Shown one piece after another: positions 28,076 through 36,930 of a stretch of 64,000 bases of DNA; the stretch's first letter is position 1, and each line of letters starts with the position of its first letter. Under the pieces are notes generated by a model. The model was not told the DNA's origin. It saw only the letters and a program-made list of their open reading frames with translations, and did not search any database. The stretch is from Ruminococcus sp. (GTDB lineage: Bacteria > Bacillota > Clostridia > Oscillospirales > Ruminococcaceae), in assembly GCA_029060305.1 (NCBI GenBank), contig JAIDUG010000054.1, forward strand, positions 38,612 to 102,611, written 5' to 3'. The translations under genes and the position numbers were made by a program.

Positions 28076-28627
28076 ATGAAAGAAATTACAGAAGATATTT
28101 TCTATGAGTACATAAAGAAATATGATAAACTTCTGCTTGACTATGCTGTTATTTCAGCAGACGATGATTATAACAGTGAAATTTCCCACAAGGAAGCAGT
28201 AATAACAGCTATATCAGCTTTTAATCAAAGAAAAAGAGTTGGAAACAGTTTCACCTTTCCTGAATTTTATGTGGACGAAAGCAAAATGAGTTGTAAGAAA
28301 TGCAGTACAGAAAATTTCTTTACAGTTAATCCTGTAGAAAAGTACGGCAATTGTATGTTTGTTGAAGAGTCTTGTTATTGGAATTACAGTGATGCGTTTC
28401 TTTACTATACGCCATATAGAGTACCGTATACTGAAAAGGATTTTCAGAAAGTAAACTATGTGCTTTTTCCGGAGTGTTACCGTAAAGACCTTGAAATTTA
28501 TATTTGGAATGACAATTTTTCAAATTATTTCAATGACGGAAATGATTGTATGGGTGCGGTTATGTGGAGCGTTTACGACAAACATATGAACAGATTTATA
28601 ATCATAGGGTCATCTATGACAGATTAA
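28076..28627 (+). CDS. Hypothetical protein (183 aa, aromatic/acidic)
   Basis: Clean ORF with GAGATGA RBS-like site; no motif recognised. Confidence 0.65.
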   Translation: MKEITEDIFYEYIKKYDKLLLDYAVISADDDYNSEISHKEAVITAISAFNQRKRVGNSFTFPEFYVDESKMSCKKCSTENFFTVNPVEKYGNCMFVEESCYWNYSDAFLYYTPYRVPYTEKDFQKVNYVLFPECYRKDLEIYIWNDNFSNYFNDGNDCMGAVMWSVYDKHMNRFIIIGSSMTD

Positions 28628-28665
28628 TCAGAAATAAAAGTCAGTAGCTGACAGGAGGAAAAATA

Positions 28666-29475
28666 ATGTCACGAATAATTGAAACAGACAGACTTGATAT
28701 TCCCGAACTTATACCTTATACGATAACTTCGGAAATACAGTTGAAAAGATACTTTGAGCCGGAGCTGGGAATTTTCATAGCGGAAAGTCCTAAAGTAATC
28801 CGGCTTGCACTTGACGCAGGTTATGAACCTCTGTCAGCACTTGTGGAAAGAAAGTACATAACAGGACAGGCAAGTGATATTATTGAACGTCTGGGAGATA
28901 TTAACGTCTATACTGCTGACAGTGAAGTCCTGACGAAAATCACTGGTTTCAGACTAACACAAGGAATTTTGTGTGCAATGAGAAGAAAACCACTTCTTAC
29001 GGTTGAGGAGATATTGCGGAAAACTGAAAGAATAGCTGTTTTAGAGGACGTTATGAATCAGACTAATGTAGGTGCGGTGATACGTTCTGCAACGGCAATG
29101 AAAATTCAGGCTGTTATTCTTACTCCGGCAAGCAGTGACCCTTTGTACAGACGTTCTGTACGTGTAAGTATGGGTACAGTCTTTAAAATGCCGTGGACTT
29201 ATTTTGAAAGCGAAAATTATATTGACGTACTCAGAAAATATGGTTTTACTACTCTTGCAATGGCACTTCACGACAATACAGTTGATATTGATAATCCGGT
29301 TCTGAAGTCCCTCAAAAAAACAGCGGTGATACTGGGTACAGAGGGTGAGGGGCTGAAACAGTCTACTATTGACAGTTGCGATTTTACCGTGAAAATTCCT
29401 ATGGCGGAGGGTGTTGATTCGCTGAATGTAGCCTCCGCCAGTGCAGTCGCTTTCTGGGAACTCTCAAAGAAATAA
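28666..29475 (+). CDS. TrmH/SpoU-family RNA 2'-O-methyltransferase
   Basis: LEDV.NQTNVGAVIRSA, ILGTEGEGL and IPMAEGVDSLNVASA SPOUT motifs. Confidence 0.92.
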   Translation: MSRIIETDRLDIPELIPYTITSEIQLKRYFEPELGIFIAESPKVIRLALDAGYEPLSALVERKYITGQASDIIERLGDINVYTADSEVLTKITGFRLTQGILCAMRRKPLLTVEEILRKTERIAVLEDVMNQTNVGAVIRSATAMKIQAVILTPASSDPLYRRSVRVSMGTVFKMPWTYFESENYIDVLRKYGFTTLAMALHDNTVDIDNPVLKSLKKTAVILGTEGEGLKQSTIDSCDFTVKIPMAEGVDSLNVASASAVAFWELSKK

Positions 29476-29476
29476 G

Positions 29477-30796
29477 TTATTCGTTCTCACTGAGATACAA
29501 CGAAATACGGTTATTAAGCATATCCGCACATTGTTGCGGAGTTGTTTCGCCTTCAAAACACTTGTGATACTCCGAAAAAACTATACTGTCCACTTCAGAA
29601 GAAGTATACGGTTCAAATTCAACGTTTCTGATATATTCTACAGCTTTTTCAATAGCTTCTTCGGAAATTTCTATTTCTTCTTCACTGTCTGGAAGTTGTT
29701 GCGGACAGTGTACGGACATATTATTATATTTACTTTCTTTCAGCTGGTCAGACAGATTTTTTTCAGTAATCGGCATATTATTCAGATAGTCTGTATTTAT
29801 TGAGTTATCATTTAACATAAGTTCTATAAATTCGTAACCCTCTTGTTTTTTTGAACTCGTTTCAAGGATTCCTAACATTGAAAAAGCGTCAGTAACATAA
29901 CCCTTACCAGTTTCCGACGGATAGCCTACAAAAGTCACATCAGCACCGCCGAACTCTGTATAAGTCCAGCCTGTCAATATGGCGTTTATTCCGTTAAGAA
30001 ATATATCGCTGATAAGTGCACGGTTTTTTATAAGACCACAACTATCGACAAATTCATATGGCTGAAATTCCGGCAGATTATTAATACTTTCAAGCATTTT
30101 CAGAAAATCCCCTCCGAAATCACAGGTATTATTTTTGTAGTCAACGGAATCTATTGCAACACGTTTTATCAGATAGTTGATACGGTCATATTCTTGCCAT
30201 TCGTGGTTAATGAAATTCATATCTTCCGGCATATTATAGAAAGCCTCAAAAGCCTGTTCGGGAGTCCAGCTTTCCATATTTTCACCGACGTTTTCGGTTT
30301 TTGCAATCGCTGTATATAAAATCCAGTTATCACATATAGCAGGGATTTTTCCGTCAACTTCCAGTCCTGATAACACGTTAGGCAGGAAGTCTTCTTTTTT
30401 CAGGGTTTCGGACTGTTCCATAAGCGGATAAAGGTCAGTTAAGTAATTGTTTTTTATGAATTGTGACATATCGTCAACTCCCGTATATACTACATCAATA
30501 TCTTCTCCGGAAAGTATGTCAAGATTCATTAATTCAAGAGGGTCTGAGTTGTCACCGCCAGGATAGAATTTGATATTCACATCACAACTCATCTTGTTGA
30601 TAATCTGCCCTTTTATTTTTGAGAAGTCATTTACCATAGTTGCAACGTTCAATATTTTTTTGTCGTTAGTTTCTTCCAACGATTTTTCAGCAGTCGGAGC
30701 AGGGGAGCTTATACTGCTTGTACTGTTGTTGTCTTTTTTTTCACTGCACGAAAATACGCTCAGCATTGCGAATACTGCTATTAATATTTTTTTCAT
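29477..30796 (-). CDS. Orphan extracellular solute-binding lipoprotein
   Basis: Lipobox VFSC; DLYPLM...FLPNVL.G.E.DGKI family-1 SBP-like segment; no permease or ATPase nearby. Confidence 0.7.
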   Translation of the reverse strand: MKKILIAVFAMLSVFSCSEKKDNNSTSSISSPAPTAEKSLEETNDKKILNVATMVNDFSKIKGQIINKMSCDVNIKFYPGGDNSDPLELMNLDILSGEDIDVVYTGVDDMSQFIKNNYLTDLYPLMEQSETLKKEDFLPNVLSGLEVDGKIPAICDNWILYTAIAKTENVGENMESWTPEQAFEAFYNMPEDMNFINHEWQEYDRINYLIKRVAIDSVDYKNNTCDFGGDFLKMLESINNLPEFQPYEFVDSCGLIKNRALISDIFLNGINAILTGWTYTEFGGADVTFVGYPSETGKGYVTDAFSMLGILETSSKKQEGYEFIELMLNDNSINTDYLNNMPITEKNLSDQLKESKYNNMSVHCPQQLPDSEEEIEISEEAIEKAVEYIRNVEFEPYTSSEVDSIVFSEYHKCFEGETTPQQCADMLNNRISLYLSENE

Positions 30797-30972
30797 ACGA
30801 TTTTGTCCTTTCGTTGTGGATTTCTGAAAAGTCCCCGAGATGTCTTTTCATATGTAAGTGATTTTAAAGGACAAAAAAGACGAAAAATTTTTTGAATTTC
30901 AGAATATTTATAATATTCTACAAAAACAAATCAATAAAAAGTTTAATTTATAGTAATATTGTGGAATGATAT

Positions 30973-32139
30973 TCATTTTACAAATATTTCTTTTTGTACT
31001 CCTATATCTCCCTCAAGTTTGTACGTTACAGTGTAGACGAGTGAGGTATCTTTTTTTTCTTTTTCAATAGTGCGGTCGAGGATTGTAACTTCTTCGTCAA
31101 GAAAATTTTTTTCATAGAGATAGATTTTTTCCATAATTCTTTGTGAGAGTTCCTCGTCACTGAAAGTTATTTCAGAGAGTTCAGTTTCAGTGATTTTGTT
31201 CTTTATTATGCCTATGGGAAGCGTTTTTCCGAAAATCTTGAAATATTTTGAACTTTCTTCGGAAGTGTAGTTGCTGTATTCATTTTTTCCGAAAGATACC
31301 GGTATTTTAAAGCTGAAAAGTTTCAGATATTTTTCAGTTGCAGTCTCTCCTGTAGGATTGTACTGATTTATCGTGTAGTTTTCTTCAAAGGTTACTGTTT
31401 CTGAGTAAGTACCTGTAATTTTTCCCATAGCGTGATGAAGATTCACATGACCAGTTTCATCTTTCGTAACGCCGTTAATCAGCAGAGTACCTTGTGGCAC
31501 ATAGTCGCCTACCTTGTGCATCAGCTGACCGTCATATATTGAAGTATAAGTTATATAAGCGTCTTTTCCTGAAACAACGTTACATGGCATACGTTCATTA
31601 ATCATTTCCGGTTTGTCGACAAGTTCGGTGACTTCAACGACGATACGGTTTCCGGTAATGTGCATACCTGCCCACGCCACACCGTCAACCATTAGTCGCA
31701 ATTCGTTTTCGCAGTAAGGGAAATTTATTTCTTTGATAGGAGTTCCCTGTTTTATGTTGAGTTCTTCGAGTGCGGAAAGAATAGTTGTTTCGCTTACTCT
31801 GGAATTTCCCTGAATCTCAATAGTCATAACTATTCCCGAAAAATATACTGAAGCAGTGATTACAAGAATAATACCTGCAATTATTCCGAAACGTTTTTTG
31901 TGACGGATAAGAACAGAAGAAATTGTATCATATTCAAAACTGGATAAATCCATATTCAGTTTATCCGCAAGAGCCTGCACTTCGCTGAGGTCACGGCGGT
32001 ATATTTCCGCATAGAAAACGTCATTCCGGCAGTATTGTGCAAAACAGTCTATATCACTGTCGTGAAGAGTATTGATAAATTTGTAAAGATTTTTACCGCT
32101 TGCATTAATCTTCACGCACCCTTTTAACTGGTTCTTCAT
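30973..32139 (-). CDS. yqfD: Sporulation protein YqfD
   Basis: N-terminal TM, EIQGN...ILSALEELNIKQG, P.NVVSGKDA.I, GTLLING; follows yqfC. Confidence 0.8.
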   Translation of the reverse strand: MKNQLKGCVKINASGKNLYKFINTLHDSDIDCFAQYCRNDVFYAEIYRRDLSEVQALADKLNMDLSSFEYDTISSVLIRHKKRFGIIAGIILVITASVYFSGIVMTIEIQGNSRVSETTILSALEELNIKQGTPIKEINFPYCENELRLMVDGVAWAGMHITGNRIVVEVTELVDKPEMINERMPCNVVSGKDAYITYTSIYDGQLMHKVGDYVPQGTLLINGVTKDETGHVNLHHAMGKITGTYSETVTFEENYTINQYNPTGETATEKYLKLFSFKIPVSFGKNEYSNYTSEESSKYFKIFGKTLPIGIIKNKITETELSEITFSDEELSQRIMEKIYLYEKNFLDEEVTILDRTIEKEKKDTSLVYTVTYKLEGDIGVQKEIFVK

Positions 32140-32401
32140 TGTCTTTCGAGTTCCTTTCTGTAAATTCTATCTGAGATATTTTTCCACTTACAAGCAGACC
32201 GCTTTTATGGAAGTCGTAAGCCCTCAGACCGTTGCCCCAGATATTTATACATAATTTTCCGGAAATCAACCGCATAAAAACTTCGCTGTATTCCTCAATT
32301 CTCTTGCAGTTTTCTATCAGTAACTCCTTGTTGCCGTCCATATGGATAAGGGGTGTAAGATAGAAAGTTTCCATTGCCTTGTCGGTAAATTTTTCAAACA
32401 T
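32105..32401 (-). CDS. yqfC: YabP/YqfC-family sporulation protein
   Basis: GNKELLIENCKRIEEY...GKISQIEF pattern; overlaps the yqfD start. Confidence 0.8.
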   Translation of the reverse strand: MFEKFTDKAMETFYLTPLIHMDGNKELLIENCKRIEEYSEVFMRLISGKLCINIWGNGLRAYDFHKSGLLVSGKISQIEFTERNSKDNEEPVKRVRED

Positions 32402-32405
32402 AGTA

Positions 32406-33500
32406 TCACTCCAGTCTGAGAGGTTTTATTTTTTCGTACTCGCAGAACAGAAAAAATGTCATAATAACAAGCATTACTGACGGTATCGGGGAATGTGCCT
32501 GATGTGTACGGACGTTAATTACGGACGTGGGGACGGTTTCGCCGGAAAGCATAAAAGGCGTTATAATTCTGCATATAATGAAACTTATTACAGCGGATAT
32601 GATTCTCAGAAAAATAAGCGGTTTAAGTGAAAGTTTTCCTGAAATCGCTGAAATCTGAAATATAACGCATATTCCTCCGAAAGATACAAGAAAACTGAGA
32701 TACGGCAGAAGTTTGTAGTTTCCGACAGAAAAACCGTTTACAGCAGTAACGTCAAATATTGCAGTAATAAATTGTCCTGAATCATCTGCTGAAAGGTCTG
32801 TAATTTGTGAGAGGAAGTTTCCTGCAACTGATATTATACCGGAATATTTCAGTATTTCGGTGACGACTGCAAAAGCAATTACCATGAAACATATATTCAT
32901 TATTGAGTGACCTCCGCTTATAACACATTCCGTCAGCATCTGAGGAGACAGAGTTACAGCGGATTTTTCAATATGTGAATTGCAGTTTTTACGCATAAAG
33001 AATGATACAACAAAAGCAAGAAGTATATTTGCACTGAGGGTTGAAATAAAGATTATGTTTCCTGCCGACCTGTTTCCGTAAAGCTGACCGGCAATACAAC
33101 CGTATATGAAAGCTGAACCAGCTCCGAAACAAAGTCCGCTGAATATTTCCGCACGGTGTTTTTCAATGAGACCTTTTTCGTAAGCAGAAGATAACATTTT
33201 AGTGCCTACCGGATAACCTGCAATCATACTGAAACAGAATACTGAAAAAACAACTTTTTCCATACCGAAAATAATTTTTCCCGTACTTCCCGTAATCGAC
33301 GAAATTCTGTCAATAATACCGCTTTTTATCAGAAGTGACGGTACAATCATCATTGCGTAAAGCGACGGTATTATTACATATATACAACGTCTGAGTGCGT
33401 CGGCTACTGCATTACTTACTTTTTCCGTTTTCACAAGGCAGAATACCGCCGTACATATCAGCAGAAAGATTTCCGCAAAAAATAATATTTTTTTCCTCAT
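32406..33500 (-). CDS. ylbJ: Sporulation integral membrane protein YlbJ
   Basis: IIPSLY.MMI, SMIAGYPVG and LVSFGGICVIFQ motifs; multiple TM. Confidence 0.78.
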   Translation of the reverse strand: MRKKILFFAEIFLLICTAVFCLVKTEKVSNAVADALRRCIYVIIPSLYAMMIVPSLLIKSGIIDRISSITGSTGKIIFGMEKVVFSVFCFSMIAGYPVGTKMLSSAYEKGLIEKHRAEIFSGLCFGAGSAFIYGCIAGQLYGNRSAGNIIFISTLSANILLAFVVSFFMRKNCNSHIEKSAVTLSPQMLTECVISGGHSIMNICFMVIAFAVVTEILKYSGIISVAGNFLSQITDLSADDSGQFITAIFDVTAVNGFSVGNYKLLPYLSFLVSFGGICVIFQISAISGKLSLKPLIFLRIISAVISFIICRIITPFMLSGETVPTSVINVRTHQAHSPIPSVMLVIMTFFLFCEYEKIKPLRLE

Positions 33501-33517
33501 AAAATTCCCCCTGATTA

Positions 33518-33545
33518 ATTTTATTAAACTGTACCGGAAATTATG
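33518..33545 (-). promoter_or_regulatory. Sigma-E-like (mother cell) promoter for ylbJ-yqfC-yqfD
   Basis: Minus strand CATAAT-14 nt-AATAAAAT, resembling kCATAww-14-cATAnAnT; AT-rich, so only moderate support. Confidence 0.4.
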
Positions 33546-33581
33546 TTGAAATGAAAAAATTGTAAATTTTCAGGAAATAAC

Positions 33582-33610
33582 TTGACAAATAAAAGTATAT
33601 ATTATATAAT
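33582..33610 (+). promoter_or_regulatory. Sigma-A promoter of pspA
   Basis: TTGACA-17-TATAAT. Confidence 0.8.
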
Positions 33611-33667
33611 TGTAATAACAACCGATTGTGTTGTTTTTGGATTTTTTCGTGAAAAGGGGGCGTTTTA

Positions 33668-34351
33668 ATGGATATATTCAGTAGACTGAGTGATTTGTTG
33701 CGTTCTAACCTCAATGACCTTATTGACAGAGCTGAAGACCCTGAAAAAATGGTTAAACAGATTATCGCTGATATGCAGACGGAATTGAATAAGGCTGTAC
33801 AGAATTACAGCAAGGTAAGGTCGGAACAGATTCTCGCAGAAAAAAAGTACAATGATTCTGCAAAGGCTTCTCAGGATTGGGAAAATAAAGCCCGCAATGC
33901 TCTTTCAAAGGGTGATGTTGCACTTGCTAAACAGGCTCTCGCAAAAAAAGTTGTCACTGATGAGGAAGTCTCAGCTTACAAGGAAATGTATGATTCTATT
34001 TCTGAACATACTAAAGCCGTACAGTCACAGGTTGAAATGCTGAAACTGAAACTTGAAGATGCTAAAAGTCGTCAGGCGATACTTGTCGCACGTGCTAAAA
34101 TGGCTGAAACGCAAAAGAAAATTTCGGCAATGTCAGGAAATATGGACGGCTTGTCTGCATTTGAAAAATTCAGCAGAATGGAAGAAAAGATTTCACGTAC
34201 AGAAGCAGAAGCACAGGCTCTGAACGAAATGGCAGACGCTGAAAAAATAAAGGAAACATTTGAAAAGCTTGAAACGGATTCAAAAGTCGAATCCGAACTT
34301 TCAAGGCTTATGTCCGAAATGAATATCACGGAAACTTCTGAGGAAGAATAA
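33668..34351 (+). CDS. pspA: PspA/IM30 family protein
   Basis: IFSRLSDLLRSNLNDLIDRAEDPEKMVKQII, long coiled coil, AFEKFSRMEEKI. Confidence 0.92.
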   Translation: MDIFSRLSDLLRSNLNDLIDRAEDPEKMVKQIIADMQTELNKAVQNYSKVRSEQILAEKKYNDSAKASQDWENKARNALSKGDVALAKQALAKKVVTDEEVSAYKEMYDSISEHTKAVQSQVEMLKLKLEDAKSRQAILVARAKMAETQKKISAMSGNMDGLSAFEKFSRMEEKISRTEAEAQALNEMADAEKIKETFEKLETDSKVESELSRLMSEMNITETSEEE

Positions 34352-34375
34352 TTTTAGAAAAGGGAATTTTTATAT

Positions 34376-34537
34376 ATGAACGAAAAAAAGAATAAAAATT
34401 ATTCACGTAAAGTGTTTGGAACAGCTTTCGCAGTGCTTTGTGCATTGTTTGTAGCAATATTCTCTATAATGTACATTATATACAAAAGTCTGAGTGTAAA
34501 AAGCGACTGGACGGATTACGACGAGTGCGGAATATGA
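34376..34537 (+). CDS. Unannotated 53-aa single-pass membrane protein
   Basis: Below the ORF-track cutoff. AAAGGG RBS; MNEKKNKNYSRK-VFGTAFAVLCALFVAIFSIMYIIY-KSLSVKSDWTDYDECGI; lies between pspA and a terminator. Confidence 0.75.
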   Translation: MNEKKNKNYSRKVFGTAFAVLCALFVAIFSIMYIIYKSLSVKSDWTDYDECGI

Positions 34538-34544
34538 AAATTAT

Positions 34545-34575
34545 GGGACGGAATAAATTTCCGTTCCGTTTTTTT
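34545..34575 (+). terminator. Terminator of the pspA-small protein operon
   Basis: GGGACGGAA-taaat-TTCCGTTCC-GTTTTTTT. Confidence 0.8.
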
Positions 34576-34647
34576 GTAACTATTGATAATTTCCGGACAA
34601 TATGTTATTATAGAGATATGATTTTTTTAAAAAAGGAGATTTTTAAA

Positions 34648-36576
34648 ATGCTTGTATCTTTAAACAATATCAGTAAATTCTATAACGGTAATCAGTTGCT
34701 GAATAATATTTCCCTGTCTGTTGACGAAAACGATAAAATAGGACTTGTCGGGAATAACGGTTGCGGAAAGTCCACACTTCTTAAAATAATAACAGGTTCG
34801 GTAGAGCCGGACAGGTTTACGGAAAAAGACGGTATAATTTCTTTTGCTTCAAAGACGACTATAGGTTATCTGGAGCAGATGGGCGGACTTGATTCTGAAA
34901 AAACCGTTATGTCGGAAATGCAGGGCGTTTTTGACGGTATGCACAAGGCTATTGAACGACTTAGAGAGATAGAAATAGAAATCGAAATGGGAGATAATTC
35001 TTCCGCTGACGAATATCAGCAGTTGTCGTCGTGGGTCGAGGCAAATGACGGTTACAATACTGACGTTAAGATAAGAACTATTCTGAATGGTATGGGATTC
35101 TCTGAAAACGAATTGAACCGTACTGTATCTGGATTCAGCGGTGGCGAAAAAACACGTCTCTGTATTGCGAAACTTCTTCTTGAAGCACCTAATCTTCTTA
35201 TTCTTGACGAACCTACAAACCACCTTGATTTCAAGACTATAATGTGGCTGGAAGATTATCTGCGTTCATATAAAGGTGCTGTCCTGATAGTATCTCACGA
35301 CAGATATTTTCTTGACAGATTGTGTACATCTATTTGTGAGATAGAGAGAGGTACTCTCACCCGTTACAAAGGTAACTATTCGGCGTTTGTGCGACAGCGT
35401 GAGGAAAACGATACACGACGTTTGAAAGAATACGAAATGCAACAGAAACAGATTGCAAAACTGGAGGACTATGTTGCAAAGAACCTTGTCCGTGCATCTA
35501 CAACAAAAATGGCACAGAGCAAAAGAAAACAGCTTGAAAAAATGGATATAATTGAAAAACCTTTCCACGATATGAAAACGGCGAAAATTCATTTTACATA
35601 CGCCGTTGAACCGCCTATAGATGTGCTGAAAGTAAAGGGAGTTGATATTTCAGTAGGCGAGGGAAATTCTCATAAAACGCTTGTTAATGAAATAAATTTT
35701 GAAGTCCGCAGGGGCGAAAAAGTCGGAATAATCGGCGATAACGGCATAGGAAAGTCCACACTTCTTAAAATCATTCAGGAAAAAATGTCACACAAAGGTA
35801 TAGTGCGTTGGAACAGCAATATAAAGATATCGTACTTTGAGCAGGAAAGCACCAACCTTAACCGTGAGCTTACTGTTATGGAAGAAATACATAGTCGTTA
35901 TCCGTCAATGTCAGATTTGGAAGTCCGCAGTCTGCTTGCACAGGTGAGACTGACCGGCGAAAACGTTTTCAAGGAAACCGGAGTTATAAGCGGTGGTGAA
36001 CGTGCTAAATTATGTTTTGCGATAATGATGCAGGAACACGGAAATGTGCTGATTCTTGACGAACCTACAAACCACCTTGACTTATCGTCAAAAGAAGCTA
36101 TTGAGGAAGCACTTGCAGAGTATACAGGAACAGTCATATTTGTATCACACGACCGTTATTTATTGAGTAAGATAGCCGACCGTCTTATTGAACTCACTGA
36201 CGGAAATTATCGTCTGCATAACTATGGTTTTGAAAAATACCTTGACGTGCTGAGGGACGAGCAGGCTGAACAAAAAAGAATTGCAGATGCTGAAAAGTTT
36301 GCACGCAACGCAGAAGTCGCAAAGGAAAAAGCTGTCAGGACTTACCGCAACAAGCAACAGAGAAGTGCGGACGCTTTACGCAAAAACGAAATGAAACGTC
36401 TTGAAAAGGAAATCGACGATTTACAGGCGGAAATAGATTCTCTTACTGAGGAAATCTCAAAAGAAGAGGTTTACAGCAACTACTCACTTATGAATGAAAA
36501 ATGTACACGCATTGAGGAACTCAAACAGCAGATAGAAGAAAATTTTGAAAAACTGATTGAACTTGAAGAACAATGA
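34648..36576 (+). CDS. ABC-F family ATPase with C-terminal coiled coil
   Basis: Two Walker A motifs (GNNGCGKST, GDNGIGKST), SGGEK/SGGER signatures, LDEPTNHLD twice, no TM; start moved to ATG 34648 (AAGGAG RBS). Confidence 0.92.
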   Translation: MLVSLNNISKFYNGNQLLNNISLSVDENDKIGLVGNNGCGKSTLLKIITGSVEPDRFTEKDGIISFASKTTIGYLEQMGGLDSEKTVMSEMQGVFDGMHKAIERLREIEIEIEMGDNSSADEYQQLSSWVEANDGYNTDVKIRTILNGMGFSENELNRTVSGFSGGEKTRLCIAKLLLEAPNLLILDEPTNHLDFKTIMWLEDYLRSYKGAVLIVSHDRYFLDRLCTSICEIERGTLTRYKGNYSAFVRQREENDTRRLKEYEMQQKQIAKLEDYVAKNLVRASTTKMAQSKRKQLEKMDIIEKPFHDMKTAKIHFTYAVEPPIDVLKVKGVDISVGEGNSHKTLVNEINFEVRRGEKVGIIGDNGIGKSTLLKIIQEKMSHKGIVRWNSNIKISYFEQESTNLNRELTVMEEIHSRYPSMSDLEVRSLLAQVRLTGENVFKETGVISGGERAKLCFAIMMQEHGNVLILDEPTNHLDLSSKEAIEEALAEYTGTVIFVSHDRYLLSKIADRLIELTDGNYRLHNYGFEKYLDVLRDEQAEQKRIADAEKFARNAEVAKEKAVRTYRNKQQRSADALRKNEMKRLEKEIDDLQAEIDSLTEEISKEEVYSNYSLMNEKCTRIEELKQQIEENFEKLIELEEQ

Positions 36577-36637
36577 TAATTTTTTACAAAATATCACACT
36601 GGCTATTGTCGAAAATCAACAAAGTTTAAAATTTATA

Positions 36638-36666
36638 TTGAAAAATGTATTTTTGTATGGTATAAT
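36638..36666 (+). promoter_or_regulatory. Sigma-A promoter of the SCIFF operon
   Basis: TTGAAA-17-TATAAT with TGn. Confidence 0.8.
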
Positions 36667-36722
36667 GTTACTTAACGTTTACGGTGCAAGCCGTATAAAA
36701 AAATTAATGGAGGTTTATACTT

Positions 36723-36860
36723 ATGAAACACATTCAGACAATCAACAAGGCTAACCTTAAGGAGTCTGCTAAGAAGGGCGGTTGTGGCAAGTGTCAGGCT
36801 TCATGCCAGTCTGCTTGCAAGACTTCATGTACAGTCGCTAACCAGAAGTGCGAAAGATAA
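36723..36860 (+). CDS. scfA: SCIFF (six-cysteine-in-forty-five) ranthipeptide precursor
   Basis: Missed by the ORF track. GGAGG RBS; exactly 45 aa: MKHIQTINKANLKESAKKGGCGKCQASCQSACKTSCTVANQKCER, six Cys. Confidence 0.97.
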   Translation: MKHIQTINKANLKESAKKGGCGKCQASCQSACKTSCTVANQKCER

Positions 36861-36876
36861 GACTTGCATTTCACCT

Positions 36877-36913
36877 GAGGCAGTGTTTGTAAAAAAATAC
36901 TGCCTCTGTTTTT
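36877..36913 (+). terminator. Stem-loop/terminator after scfA
   Basis: GAGGCAGTGTTT-gtaaaa-AAATACTGCCTC-TGTTTTT. Confidence 0.75.
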
Positions 36914-36930
36914 AGTTATGAGGTGATAGT

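Noticed and set aside
34648-36576. Antibiotic-resistance ABC-F, or exporter of the SCIFF peptide
   Set aside because: No TM domain, so not an exporter; it resembles housekeeping ABC-Fs, and scfA has its own promoter.
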